Positions 15,101 to 26,998 of a DNA stretch of 64,000 nucleotides are shown here, in pieces. The stretch is from Phoronis australis. Taxonomy: Eukaryota > Animalia > Phoronida. How positions within the stretch are numbered: the stretch's first letter is position 1; the number at the start of each line of letters is the position of its first letter. The position numbers were made by a program, and so were the translations under genes. The stretch is taken from NCBI GenBank assembly GCA_002633005.1, contig NMRA01000006.1, forward strand, positions 1,835,742-1,899,741. Reading direction: 5' to 3'. The notes below the pieces were generated by a model. It saw only the letters and a program-made list of their open reading frames with translations. It did not search any database and was not told where the DNA came from.

Positions 15101-18100
15101 GTCAAAAATGTTATTGAAAATTTTTAGCATCAGACTGGTTTGTTCTCTTATTACTATTTTATTGTGTTCTTTGCAACAAAAAATTCAAATTTGACTGCTA
15201 TTATGAAATTCACGTACATATTCGAAGTCCACATTCATACTGCGAGGAGTTTGTGTGCCATGTCTTGAAATAAACGTATTGAACTAACAATACAAAATGT
15301 CTTAATAATGACTAATCTACCATACTTTGAACTCACTGTATAGGTTTTCAAACTTTACCCATAGAAGCCAGACTTGTCACAACAAAATTCAATTCTTATA
15401 AATATCTTTTCTGATGGAAACTTAAACAGAGATCCTTCATTTTTCTGCACAGCTGTTGTATACATGACATTTAGACAGTGATGTTTTGTAATTGGATTGG
15501 ATTTTACTCTACATCAGTTGAGAATTAGCCAATGCCCTGTGCAACATATCACTCAAATGAGTCACCAGGCTTGTAACCATCACAAAGCAAGCTAATTAAT
15601 GAGCTCAGTGACAAATGACCTTAAAACCCATCTGAAGAATAATGGGACTGGTGAAATGTTTAGGTGTGTGTTTGGAACATTATATGCCAGCATTTAATTG
15701 TCAAAATGAGATTTATTACTCTGTGACTCCCTGTCTTATCTTTTGTGTGCTCTTGAAGGATTCAAAATTAATGAAAAGTAGAAATAACAAGACATACCAA
15801 AGGTGATGTTTACTTACGAAATTTGTTGAAGTTCAATTGTTCTAGAAACCAAAATTAATTTTGTGATAGTTTCATCTGTTTTCACTGACTGTGTCTTTAC
15901 TGAACAAAATCTCCAAGTTGTTTTTATGATTTTTGCATGTTGCTGTTATATTCTGAATGTATTGATTAACAACTTCATCAGTCGTTGTCTGAATGCTTGA
16001 AAGGCTTCCATTGTTTAAACCAAAAACAAACAAAAACCGTTGCATTTATAATCCGTTATTAAAAATATCTTTGTTATCTGTTTCTTTTTCTAGGCATCCT
16101 TTGAACAGACTGAGGTCTTTGTCGAAGAGGAAACTGGTGAAGTTACAAAGAGGCAGAGTAATGGGTCCGCGGTGACTGAGAGTGGTCAACGAAACTCGTC
16201 CGGGTCAAAGGGCAGTGGGGGTCAGCGCGGGTCGTCGAGGTCGAGTCAGCGTGAGAGCGCACACCAAAGTAATGGCGTTATAGAGAACAAGGACAGATCC
16301 GGTTCAGCCAAAATATCCACAGTGGAGCAAAAAGCGGATGAGGAGAGGTATGGCTTGTCAATCAAAATACATTTTATTTATTTTGTTCATAACAAATGAA
16401 GAATTATTGTATTTTGCTGATGTGTGCCAAATAAATTGATTATACAGACTTCGCAGTTGATGGGTGTGTAAAGTTAACGAAACAGCCAAATATTGCCAAC
16501 TGCGCACGTGTAAATTTACTGAAATGCAGCCTACGGGTTGCCAACTTGATCTCATCAACAGTAATTAAATTACTTCATTGTGTTCTGGTATAAGAGTATT
16601 TGGCTCCATCATTAACAAAACACTTTTTGAGCATGTGACTCAGTGACAGCAGGCTCACCCAGGTCATCGATCACCTCATGTTTACAGCAGCATGAGATAT
16701 TCACATATTCAAATGGATGAATTAAATGGTGAAGATACAGTGTTTAGACCTTATTAACACAGATAAGGAGTTAATGAACGGGCTTTGCCTTGATATTTTC
16801 CGAAGTACAAAACTGACTGTGTGCGAATTAGGTGGGCCAAGAAATTCCCACCAAGTGAAAGAAGTCAGGGACAAAAAATTCTTAGGTTTCTTTTTTATTT
16901 CTCCAAATAATCTCGGGTGTTGAGAATTACCGTAGCCGTTATAGTAGTCATAGGACATCCACCTCAATTATTACGTCCATGCTTTTCTACCCAAGAAATG
17001 TTTTCAGTCTAAAATTTCTGTGAATAATTGTTTAAAAGTAGGTTCGTAATTTTCTTGAAAAAGCCAAATAGGATTACTACTTGAAACCACCTCCACAAAC
17101 TTCTGTATTTGGGAATAATTGTTTAAAAGCAGGTTTGAAATTTTTGGAAATCCAGATGTAGTAACTTCCTGAAATGACCCCCATAAACCTGCTCTGGATG
17201 TTGAATGACAGGTACAGTTGTCGGGTGGTGTGGCAATGAGGAATAGAAAGGGAACATTCACTGACAACTGCGTTTGGAGAGCCATCAAAATTCCAGCTGG
17301 CAAATGTTGAGGCAAGAAATTTGTTACGAATTTCCATTGAAGGTCATTTGTTGGAGAACTTAGCAGCTGCTATTAACTGCTTTGTGGGGAGGAATTTTTG
17401 ATTGGTCAAGGTTTGACATAGAACTCTTTGGTGTTGTGAGAGCATAAAAACCGTCTGTTTGACTCAATTTCAAATTCTGGTGCTCAGACTAGGAAGAGTT
17501 TACGAAGACAAACGCAATTTCTGTCATTCACGGGTGTTTGATAATGCTGGACTTTTTACTGTGCATCATTTGAGCAACACACCATGGAAAATGGTAATTT
17601 AAAGACATGGTAATATCAAGGAATTTTAAAAAAGTTGTGAAATTCCTCTACTTTGAAATCCTCATTCAAGCTTATTGTAAACAATAGGTGGCGTTGCACG
17701 TAGACACAAAATACAACAACACAGCAAATTTCAGAATGACACTGTTTTATTGGAAATGGCTATTTTGGATATCATAAATGGGGAGAATATTCCAAATAGG
17801 GAGAGCTTAGTATTTGTTCAAGTTGCAATCAGCTTTCATTCAGTTGTGAGTTTACTCGATGAAATCTGCTGGGTGGATGAATGTGATGTTGTATTGTTAT
17901 ATTTTGAATACGAAAATTGTCACAAGTGTGAATTCAACAAGTTCATGTCCATAATTATGAATTACATAGCAAGTTTATCTTAAACTTTAAAGTTTCACAA
18001 GTAGCTCGTTTTAAAAAGCTTTTAGATACTCTGTTTCTGTAACTGCAGTTTACGACTTACACCATTGTGGTGTTCTGCTAGCCCAGTTACTGTGACTTTC

Positions 18101-21100
18101 AAAACATCTAAAACTGATGTTAATTTGTTTTTATGTTATGACTTTTATTTTTACCATTGAGCTAATTATCGACATAGTTTGCCTGTATTACTCATCATAG
18201 TATTTTAGTTACTGTAAACCTCAGTCTGTTTCAAAAACGACTTTCTTCGTAGGCATCGTGTTTTTATCCTTTTCTTGAATTGCGATTGATTGAATAAAGT
18301 ACTTGGAATTCATTTAGTAGCAATACGTATGAAAAAACTCACTTTTATTATGTGATTGTCTCAAGTTAAATTATTGGTGTAATGTTTTCATTTTTAAATG
18401 TCATAGTAAACAATTGATTTAATTTTTATGCTATGTTGAGCTTTTTGTTTTTATTTTGTGTTAATATGTTAGTCCTTTAATTCCAAGTCATTCCTTTCTG
18501 TTGTTGTTATTTTCTTTGTGTCCTTGCTCGTCATTATATTTCACTCCACTAATTTATTGTTATGCACGTATATATAAGCCTAGATATAATGATTCATTTT
18601 CTGGGCGAATTCCCTACACCATTGTTGTATTGTCTTATACTTGTAGTGAAATAAAAAAGTAACAATCCTACTGAGTTAAAATCTGTAGTTTTGTAGTTAT
18701 TTTGGCTGAATTGGCTGACTTGCCATAACCTTCTTGTCAAAAACAGGACAAGACCCATTTTTAAGTGGCTTTAGTCAAAAGTTGTTTTTTTGGCAGAAGG
18801 TGCGGGTTTGTAGGTCCTTTAATATCTGATGTTTTGACTCGCACCTTCATTTTTGTGTGTATACAATCACTGGGTTGACATAGACTGGCATTATAATATC
18901 CGCTTACCATGTGCTCCAGGAATGCCGAGATAAAGCCAGAGGCCTCACCAGGAGCTAGTGTTGAGCCTGAAGCTGAAGATGGAGACGACGACTACGACCA
19001 TATTCAACGAAAGACGTTCCATCCGAAGATGACAACGAATCCATACGACAAGGTGAAAAAGGGTACCGATTCCAATATGGTGGAGGCTTCTGATCCATAC
19101 GCCCATGTCAAGCTTCATGGCGAAGACAATCAAGCCGATCCAAGCAATGACTGCGACGAAGACTACGCAATCGTCGAGAGTCCAACCATCCCAGAGGCTG
19201 GCGCTGGCTTCAGTGATCAGTTTACGACAGTGACCCAAAATCCGCCAACATCCTCGAAAGAAAGCAGTCCTGTAGACGAAGACCAAGATTATGACGGTAC
19301 CTACGCGGTGGTGGATAAAAACAAGATGTCCGACGCCAGACCAAAGTCGCCGACGAAAGTCGTGGATGAAGAAGAATACTATGCAGTGATTCCTCCTCCA
19401 CCTGTTCCGGAGAAAAACTTTGACCTGGAATCGCCAGCTACAGCAACCACATCCTCACACGGTGCATTTGATGGAGCTTCCATGTTGCCCAGAGCAGGAA
19501 ATACGCCACCCATACGACCACCTGATCCAGGTAATGAGCTACGTGAAATGTACCGTCCATTGTTCTCTCCGGCTTATTGTCCTCGAGTTATTTTAAATTT
19601 ACTGATGACAAGGTGGTATACTGATAAGTGTCTCAGGCTTGCAACAGGTGTCTCTGGGTATGAGAGCAGCTTTATTTTAGACCTATCCTATCATTGGTAT
19701 GATACAGGCTTCATTTTTCGTCTGATTGACACGTAATTTGTGCAAATTTTAGCTTGTCACTATGTCATGGACGATTGTTGTTTATTGAAATTGTGCTCAA
19801 GATGGTGCTCTAGTATCAATCTTTTATGTCATTTGCTTCATGGAGCCATATCACTATTACAGTACTTTTGAGTAGCTGGAAGAAATTTGTTCTAAGGATA
19901 GATATATCTCTTCAGGAATTACAGGAAATGTGTTTGAGAGCACTTTTATATTAAATTGTGCTCAGTTATGATGAGGCTGCTGCCATTTTGACTAAAACCT
20001 TCACTTTTATTATGATGCTCTGACACGTGAAAATGTTGCATCTATGATACTGTAATGCCTACTGTTGCAAAATGTTTTAATAAATTCAAGCAGAATTTAC
20101 CAGTGACAACACACGGTGAGATGGATTACACACTGTTTAATTTGTCAGTTTCAAAATCATGGCTTCCAACAAAATTTGAGTGCATCTTCAGGTGTCGATT
20201 CATCAATGAATTTTCATCCGTATCTTGTCAGATCCTCCATACTCGGCCATCACTGCCAGAGAATCCCTGGAAAGCATACATCAGCGCAAATCGGAGGCCG
20301 CCTCTAGAATTATTGAAGAAGATTACTATTCCGTAGTAAGTTGTTCCTTTAATTGTAATAAAGTTGCTCATTACTGTTTCGTAAAATAAATCTGTTCAAT
20401 TAACGATTTGGGCAGTTGTCAGCATTTTTACATTGTCTGAACGGAGACTTATCTTAATCGTATGACTGGTCGTAATTTCGTGTTTATGCTATGCATGAAA
20501 ACGCCGTATAGTTAGGACATTTTAGTGAAAGGAAGCTCTTGAACTGTACAATTATTGTTTATAGCGGGCAGCAGGGATAAAAAAGCAACTGCATGTTGTT
20601 TTCATGTGGACATGTTGCGTGGGTCAAAAATGTTAAGCATCGAAGCACTTTCGTAATGTGGAATTTCAAAAACTTGTTTCTACTCATGAACTGAATAGGA
20701 CTATAGGCTGTTGCCTTACAGTTGCCCATTTCAGAGTCAAACTTAGGTAATTAATGCTGGGGGTCATGTCGCACCGGGTTAGTCCTCAGTACAGCCTTGA
20801 AAATGAGCAAAACAGTTCCAGCTGTGATCTAAAAACTCCATTTCGGACCAGCTAAAAGCAAGTCCATAGTAAAAATCTTAGACCTGTGCTTGTCAACTCC
20901 ACACAGGCTCCAATAATTCTCCATACTCAGTGGCCTAACTCTATACCAGATATCAAACTCCAGTCCAGGGGACCAGATTCCTCGCTTGGTTTATGAGATG
21001 CAACACTGGAGTTTGATACATGGATGTGAAGCCTCCTTGTTTCTTACGTGGAGTTTAGGGGTACACGTCTTGAATTTGTTTGCAAGTCCAGGACTAGAGT

Positions 21101-22534
21101 TTTGGGGTCTGTAGCTGGAATTGACAGGTGCAGCCATAACTTCGTTTCCACCTTGAGACTAAGCATTGTTCAATCTGTGTTAGAACCCCACAGTTGGTGT
21201 TGTATTCAAGCAATTGCTCATTGCCTTTCACCCCTGCCGGTGTGATGAAGGTGTTGAGAAGGGTTTGCACATTCTGAGGTCGAGATTTTGCTTGAGTGGC
21301 TCTTGAACGAGTAATGCTATGCTGGATGTAGTCTATGTATGTACCAAAATCTAATAATTTCTTTATGTACGTGTTGCCATAGGTTGCTGGCGAAAGCGGA
21401 AATGGCACAGTTACTGCGTTGGAGAAACGAGAAAGTACTTCAAGCGATTTATATGATGAAATTAGTGGCGGGGTAGCTGGTTCGTCTGGTGATGGACTGG
21501 TGGCTCCCCCTCCTGTCGATGTTGGGCACTTGAAAAGGCTTGCAAGCTCGTCTAGACATGGTGAGTGTTGTATTCTTACTGAATGCATATTTTGTGGGCA
21601 TCCAGAATGCAAATTTCTATTATTTTTTTGTGAGACAATGGCACGATTTTATTGTCAAAGGGGCATATGAACTATCCACCTGTGCTCTTACATTGAGCAC
21701 TCACAGTTGTTGAAACTCCTTCCTATCAGTTCTCTCCACAAAAAATGAGAGTTTTCATGTCCAACTGGATTTCTAATGGTGATTGTCTTCCCATTATACT
21801 TCAGTGCTACTCCTTTTCAAGTCTTGTGATGCCCTTTTATGATTTTCGTAAACAAGATTCATGTCAATTTTAATTAATGCTTCATCAAGTCTTAGACATC
21901 AGTGTTTCTGTCTGAATTAATTTCCCACATAGTTTTGCTTAGTCCACGGGCCGACACGAAACAAAATGTTGTTTGAACTTGTGAAATCAAATGTTGCCTT
22001 GACCATATTTCAGACAACCAAGCTGCAGCCAATCAAGTGGTTGATCAGGTGGGACAGTTGTACGCCGAAGTACACAAACCCAATGGAAGGAATCCTGACC
22101 CCGCTTCACACCATGTTCAGTCTGTGAATAGTAGGCACAAGGCAGAAGAACCAGCGCCCAGCTCCACAAGGCAAACTGTCAGGCGTCAGTGTTACGAAGA
22201 AATAAACTTAGACGATGTTGACATCAATGGGGTCGATTCAGAAGAGGACACTGATCCCAATTACGACACTGTGATGAAAAGTGTGGACAGTTCTAGTGGT
22301 GAAATGAGCCAATCGACTGGCGTCACCCGTGTCCATGTAGGAGGTGCCAGTGTGCTGGATTCTCAAGTGGCAGAAAGGAGTGGCGATCTTGTGACAACGA
22401 TTCACATCGGACAAGAGGAAGGTGGCGCCCCCGTCTGGGTGCACAAGAAACGCCCTCATATGTATGAGGAGATTGACACTACAGACAAAGACTCTAGTAG
22501 TAGCACACACTGCGACATGGTGGCAAAGATTTAA
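6125..22534 (+). CDS. 5'-partial multi-exon gene for a disordered, tyrosine-motif-rich adaptor protein (PAG/Cbp-like); exons 6125-6176, 16094-16347, 18920-19530, 20232-20335, 21383-21560, 22014-22534
   Basis: All six exons have AG/GT boundaries and splice in frame (intron phases 2,0,2,1,0,1) to ~572 aa ending ...HCDMVAKI*. The protein is acidic and Ser/Pro-rich, with YDHI, YDKV, YAHV, YAIV, YAVV, YAVI, YSAI, YSVV, YDEI, YAEV, YEEI (x2), YDTV and PPPPVPEK. No start codon or TM exon was found in the window. The 6125-6176 exon is the least certain, and the family assignment is an inference. Confidence 0.8.
7350..8162 (+). mobile_element. HINE/Helentron-like non-autonomous element with degenerate internal repeats
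   Basis: Recurring TACCAAATTTGAA / AAATTTCAAGCnGATC / GCCACnnCnCCATCTTG units, then an (AAAC)n-like tract and a terminal hairpin TACTTGGAAAAA...TTTCACCATGTA followed by an A-rich tail. Left boundary approximate. Confidence 0.5.
9519..10718 (+). repeat. ~515-bp direct duplication (9519-10032 and 10203-10718) with an N at 10033
   Basis: Both copies start GTCCAAGTGCATCAAAATCTATTC and end CAAGTGCCATACTTAAT. They differ only by a few SNPs and 1-bp indels. Confidence 0.95.
12156..13578. mobile_element. TTAA-flanked non-autonomous DNA transposon (Kolobok-like), ~1.4 kb
   Basis: Left end TTAA-GGATATCTTAAACCTTATT; right end (reverse complement) TTAA-GATTATCTGAAACCTTATT. These form imperfect 19-bp TIRs with purine-purine termini and a TTAA target site. 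Confidence 0.75.
13619..13762 (-). mobile_element. Solo terminal fragment of the Tc2/pogo-like family seen at 1-2533
   Basis: TA|CCGTAATCGTTCGGGTTAACGCCC...CCCCTACTTTAGGTGGATTTTC...TTAAGCGCCCACCTCTCGGTTAAG is the reverse complement of ~2395-2533. Confidence 0.8.
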
Positions 22535-24266
22535 GACAGTTCTTTAAACGCTGATGGATCGTTATTGCCTTTGGTTTCCTTATTCAACTACGCTTATATA
22601 AGTAAAGAGTTACGAGGCAAATGATTTGTATGAAATTGAAAATTTTCTTTTACAGGGTGCTGTTCAAAATAGTCTGATGATATGGCTGCCACTTTAGTTA
22701 AGTGTAGTTACCATTTTCTCGGGTCTAACTGTCTGCTGCTTTGATGTAAGAGTTCCTCCCAGATGAAGCACAATCGTGAAAAATACAAAATAAATTGAGA
22801 CTCACCATTAAATTACATCCTACTCTGCATACCAGTGTAACAGTTACACTAGCTGTGAACTTGGGACGTGTATTCACATCGGCCGAGTGTAAGGGTACCT
22901 ATGCATTCTGAGTGGAAATGTGAGAGAGGGGAGAATCCCTTGTCGTCACTCAGTCCACCTGCTGGAGATGCGTGAAGTAGGCAAGCCTTGAGTCTTGTGC
23001 TCATTTCAAAAGAAGAGCTGCCTAACATACTGCTTAGAGCAGACCACCCATCAGGACGTGGATTATTCTTGGAATTGGTATGTGCAGGATAAATGGGATT
23101 CTGACCTAGAGGGAAATTTTTTTAATCAGTGCAGAGGAAATTTTGGACCTGATGGGAATTTTGTGTGATGTATTTTTCAAAGGGGAATGGGGCCTTAATA
23201 CCCGTATCTAATAATCAAGGGCCATGCAGTCTCTCAAACGTTTACAGAGGAGTGTCATAAATATGAACCTGCTCTCAAGTTTTCAATCGTGACAAATTTT
23301 GAGTGCACTACATTGTTTATGTGGCTTTGGTAACCTTTGTGCCAAGGTGAAACTAAAGGTCACAAAGTCATGCTGTGAAAGTGTGATGAATACAAGTTTT
23401 CAAGTGGCCAATTTTGCCATTTTGAAATCGCAATATTTTTGTCATTCTATGGAAATGTTATCACGTCGTGTTGCTCCTTGTGTTCTCATGAATATTCATA
23501 TAACAGTACAAGATGCTGATTGGGAGGCAACATGATGCGGTTAAGTGGGAACGATTGTAAATGGTTTTTGACTTGATAATGAAATCAAAAAGTACATTTT
23601 ATGCTTTTCTTGAACATTGAATCAAAGCTTTTAATCACGATTGAACAGACTTATATTTTGGATACTTTCATGAAAGTAGGTTTGTAGTCATTTGTCTTGG
23701 TGTCTCGCTTCTTGATCAGTATTTGTGCTAAAACTTTATTTTGGGATATAATGATAGTTGTAAGCTGTTATGTGTGCGACGTGAAGGATGCTTTTGCCTG
23801 CTATTTGTATTAGTTAGACGGTTTGTTTTATAAAAATATATTATTTTTTTATTCAAGATGTAGGTAATGTTGGCCATTTAAATTATATTGAAGACAAATC
23901 AGTTTAATATTTTTTGAATTCCATGAAATGAAATTCTACATTGCTTTGTGGTTTTGATGTCCTTGTTCTAGTTGTATTAAACGAGGCATTTCAAACACCA
24001 TGCTCTTTGGGCTTTAGATAATTTTTTTGAGGAGCACAAGCCTTCATGTAGCTATTTTGGCAAAAATTTTGTTGTTTGCACGACTTGTTTGTAGCACTTA
24101 TTTGTCTTTTACATTTCCAAGTAACGATACGGAGTTTCTTGTACTTTGCCTTTAAGAGTAACTGAAGCCGCTTTGCTAGTGTTAGCTGAATAAAACAATC
24201 CCCCACTATGTAAATAGCAGAGGTAGATTTAATTGAGGGTAGCGCAGGTGTTTTTTCACCACCTTT

Positions 24267-24898
24267 CAGTAAAATCTCACCAATTTGGGACAATATGACT
24301 GAAAAGTGAGGTTTCATTTTTCCCATTCCCTCAAACTATGAACAGTACCATGTCAATGCTTTTTATGATGCAAGTTGTTTACCAAAGTTAAAAATGTATC
24401 TGCATGCTCCTAACTATGCTAATGTATAGCAGGAACTAAATGACAATGCTATTTGAACATCATCTACACTAAAAAAGTGCAATGACAACTTGTAAATGTT
24501 AAAACAAAAAATTCTGCGAATAGGTGACCTTTGCACTAATTGCGTACCTCGCAGGCTCACATAACCCGCATCATTCAGCATAATTCCCCAGCACCACGTC
24601 GCTATACTTACTGGACACGGGTCAGTGATTTGCGGCGAATTACTGTAGCCACAAAACTCGTTCTCAAAAACAATTGGCAATTTTCAACCTACATCACATT
24701 CACACTGTCACACTGTATGTTGTGTTTGTAACTAATTTGGACAAGCAATCACACAGATAAGGAATTACCCTGAAAGTTTCACTTTAAAACCTTTCACTGT
24801 TTTGAAAAATTGTTAAAATTCATAAACTGATAACCTTTAAAATGAAAACCGGGAAATTTTGCCAATTATTTTTCTTAGACGTTGGTGAGATTTTACTG
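24267..24898. mobile_element. Tc1/mariner-pogo-like MITE (CAGTA termini) interrupted by a nested TTAA element
   Basis: Perfect 17-bp TIR: CAGTAAAATCTCACCAA (24267-24283) and TTGGTGAGATTTTACTG (24882-24898). A related uninterrupted copy lies at 45873-46123. Confidence 0.75.
24388..24787 (+). mobile_element. ~400-bp TTAA-flanked MITE (Kolobok-like), copy 1
   Basis: Collinear with 43708-44116 along its whole length (e.g. GCAGGAACTAAA..ATCATCTACACTAAA..ATAGGTGACCTTTGCACTAAT..TACTTACTGGACACGG..AGATAAGGAATTA..CACTTTAA). TTAA at both ends. Confidence 0.85.
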
Positions 24899-25574
24899 TT
24901 ATTACTGGTAGTGTCCGAACTCGGAATGTTTGACTACCATGAATACCTTCAAGGAGTTCTCTGACAAGAAATAATATGTGTGGCAACATGGTTAAAAACT
25001 ATGATCAAAAGATGTAATGTCTGGAATACATGTAATTTTAAAAGCTCGCCAAAAATTCTGCACCAAGTATGAGGTAGCATTTGGCAAGAGCGTTTAGTTT
25101 TTTCAAATAAATTTAGTTTTACTGTCCTACTTGGTTTTAAATGATTTTTACTCTTGTAAGATTTTTGCTGTGTGCTTCCATAACTATTAAGGTTAAATGT
25201 TAAAACAGTTCATTATAAATGTACAATTCAAATCACTTTGAAAGTGATATTCTCTGCATAATCATTAACCAATAAACACATTGTAATATATTCACCTGTG
25301 TTGTTAATTAAGAAGCTAAAACTTTGCACCTGTAAAATAACATGGGTGGGGCCTGTAATTAGATGGCAATGAAGGGTCATTATCAGGCTTACAGCAGAAA
25401 AACATTTTTGGATGGGATGGACTTTTTCAGTTATTAAAACAGTAAAATCTGTTGTTCTTATCATTTTTATTACTAAAAGCCAACTCTCGCCATTGTCTGA
25501 CAGACATTCACTGAAATCAAAGCTGGTGACTATACAAGTTCAACACACTTAAAATATTCTGCCATTTATCCAGA

Positions 25575-25640
25575 GGAGGGTTTAGCTACAACAGTTTAGA
25601 GTTTGGCTGTGACTGCAGCGTTCCGGGTTCGATTCCATGT
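25575..25640 (+). other. tRNA-derived fragment (SINE head or tRNA pseudogene)
   Basis: Perfect Pol III B box GGTTCGATTCC at 25626-25636, with a decayed A box (TAGCTACAACAG) about 43 nt upstream. No intact cloverleaf. Confidence 0.45.
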
Positions 25641-26998
25641 TGAGGCTGATTTTAGAAAATCATTTTTCCGCCAAACGTATCTCTTAATCTTTAAGGTAAT
25701 TGACTACCTTCGATATCAAAGGTCAGTTATCGCATATTTTTTAAAATACTACATTTTAACCCCAAAAACATTGAACCTCATTACATTACACATCAAGGGA
25801 ACTTCAAAATCTGTATGTTACAATGATACTTTGTTTTGTTCACGGTAGATTTACAAACAATAGATAATATTGGGACTTCGCACGGTTTGTTAGAACGGAG
25901 CCGTCCACCCTCTAAACAGTACGTTGCAATGACCAGACAGTACGTGCTGGAAAATAATACTTGAATATTTGTAAACATATGATGGTTAATTTTTTAACAA
26001 ATTGTCTTTTTATGTTGGTTTCCGAAAGTTTTGTTGATGTAAAAATTTTTTGCTTAAACCTAATTTGTTTTATTAGCTAGAAAATATGTCCGGGCATTTT
26101 AGCCTGAGAACTTGCCTTTCAAGAACAAAAAAAAATTGGAAGTCTTCATTTTTGACAAAATATTCGGGGCTAAGCTTTTCACACTATGTAGAAGTTGCAG
26201 CAATCACCATAAAAATATGTGAAAAAATATTACACCGCATAGAAGCCCTTGAAAATAAAAAGGGGTATTTTGAAAATTATTTTTGTCTGACTTTGGTGAC
26301 ATTTTACCATACAGAATCAGAAGGCCACAAACTATTGTTGGACTAACAAGATGTGGACCCTTCTCTTGATAAAGTGTGACGCTTTTTGATTTTAATTCAC
26401 CAGGCTTATTCACATGACTACAAATGTCCAGGCATGCACATAACGTGCATCTATGTTTACCAAGACTTTTAAAACACACAGTAGATAGTCATTACCTTCA
26501 CAATGTATCAGACTGTTATAAGGAAGATTATCAAAACAACCATTCAAGTCCAAATAAGCAACACTCACAAAATGTGTTGACAAGAGTAAGCAATTACAGT
26601 ATTACACCTGTAGAACTCTGCACTGCGGTACATCACAAACTGTGGTTTCATCCTTCAGGTATGACCATAGTTAACGGAGCACAATCAACCTTAAACTGCC
26701 ATTAGCTTATATGGAACAGTAAACGTGCAAGTTCCACACTAACATACTGTGTACAACTAGTCAGTCCTTTGACTCCTTGGAGCAAGTGTAAAAACTCCCT
26801 TGTGTGTATACTAGGGCATATGCCCTTAAACAGTCAAATAAGGGAAATTCAAATACAAATTCAAATTGTCCTCGTTACCTCACTGGCTTATGGACAATCA
26901 TATGGACGACAATACGCACATGGTAAAACAACAAATGTTGAGAAATGTAAAATAAATTAACAACACATCTTCAGTACATGTCTAAGTTAGAGGTGGTC

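Noticed and set aside
18909-19736. 275-aa ORF as a stand-alone single-exon gene
   Set aside because: It is an internal exon (AG at 18918-18919, GT at 19531) with intronic read-through at both ends.
19960-20027. Possible intronic box C/D snoRNA (ATGATGA ... CTGA)
   Set aside because: Very short, weak terminal stem and no recognisable rRNA antisense element; such motifs are expected by chance in AT-rich DNA.
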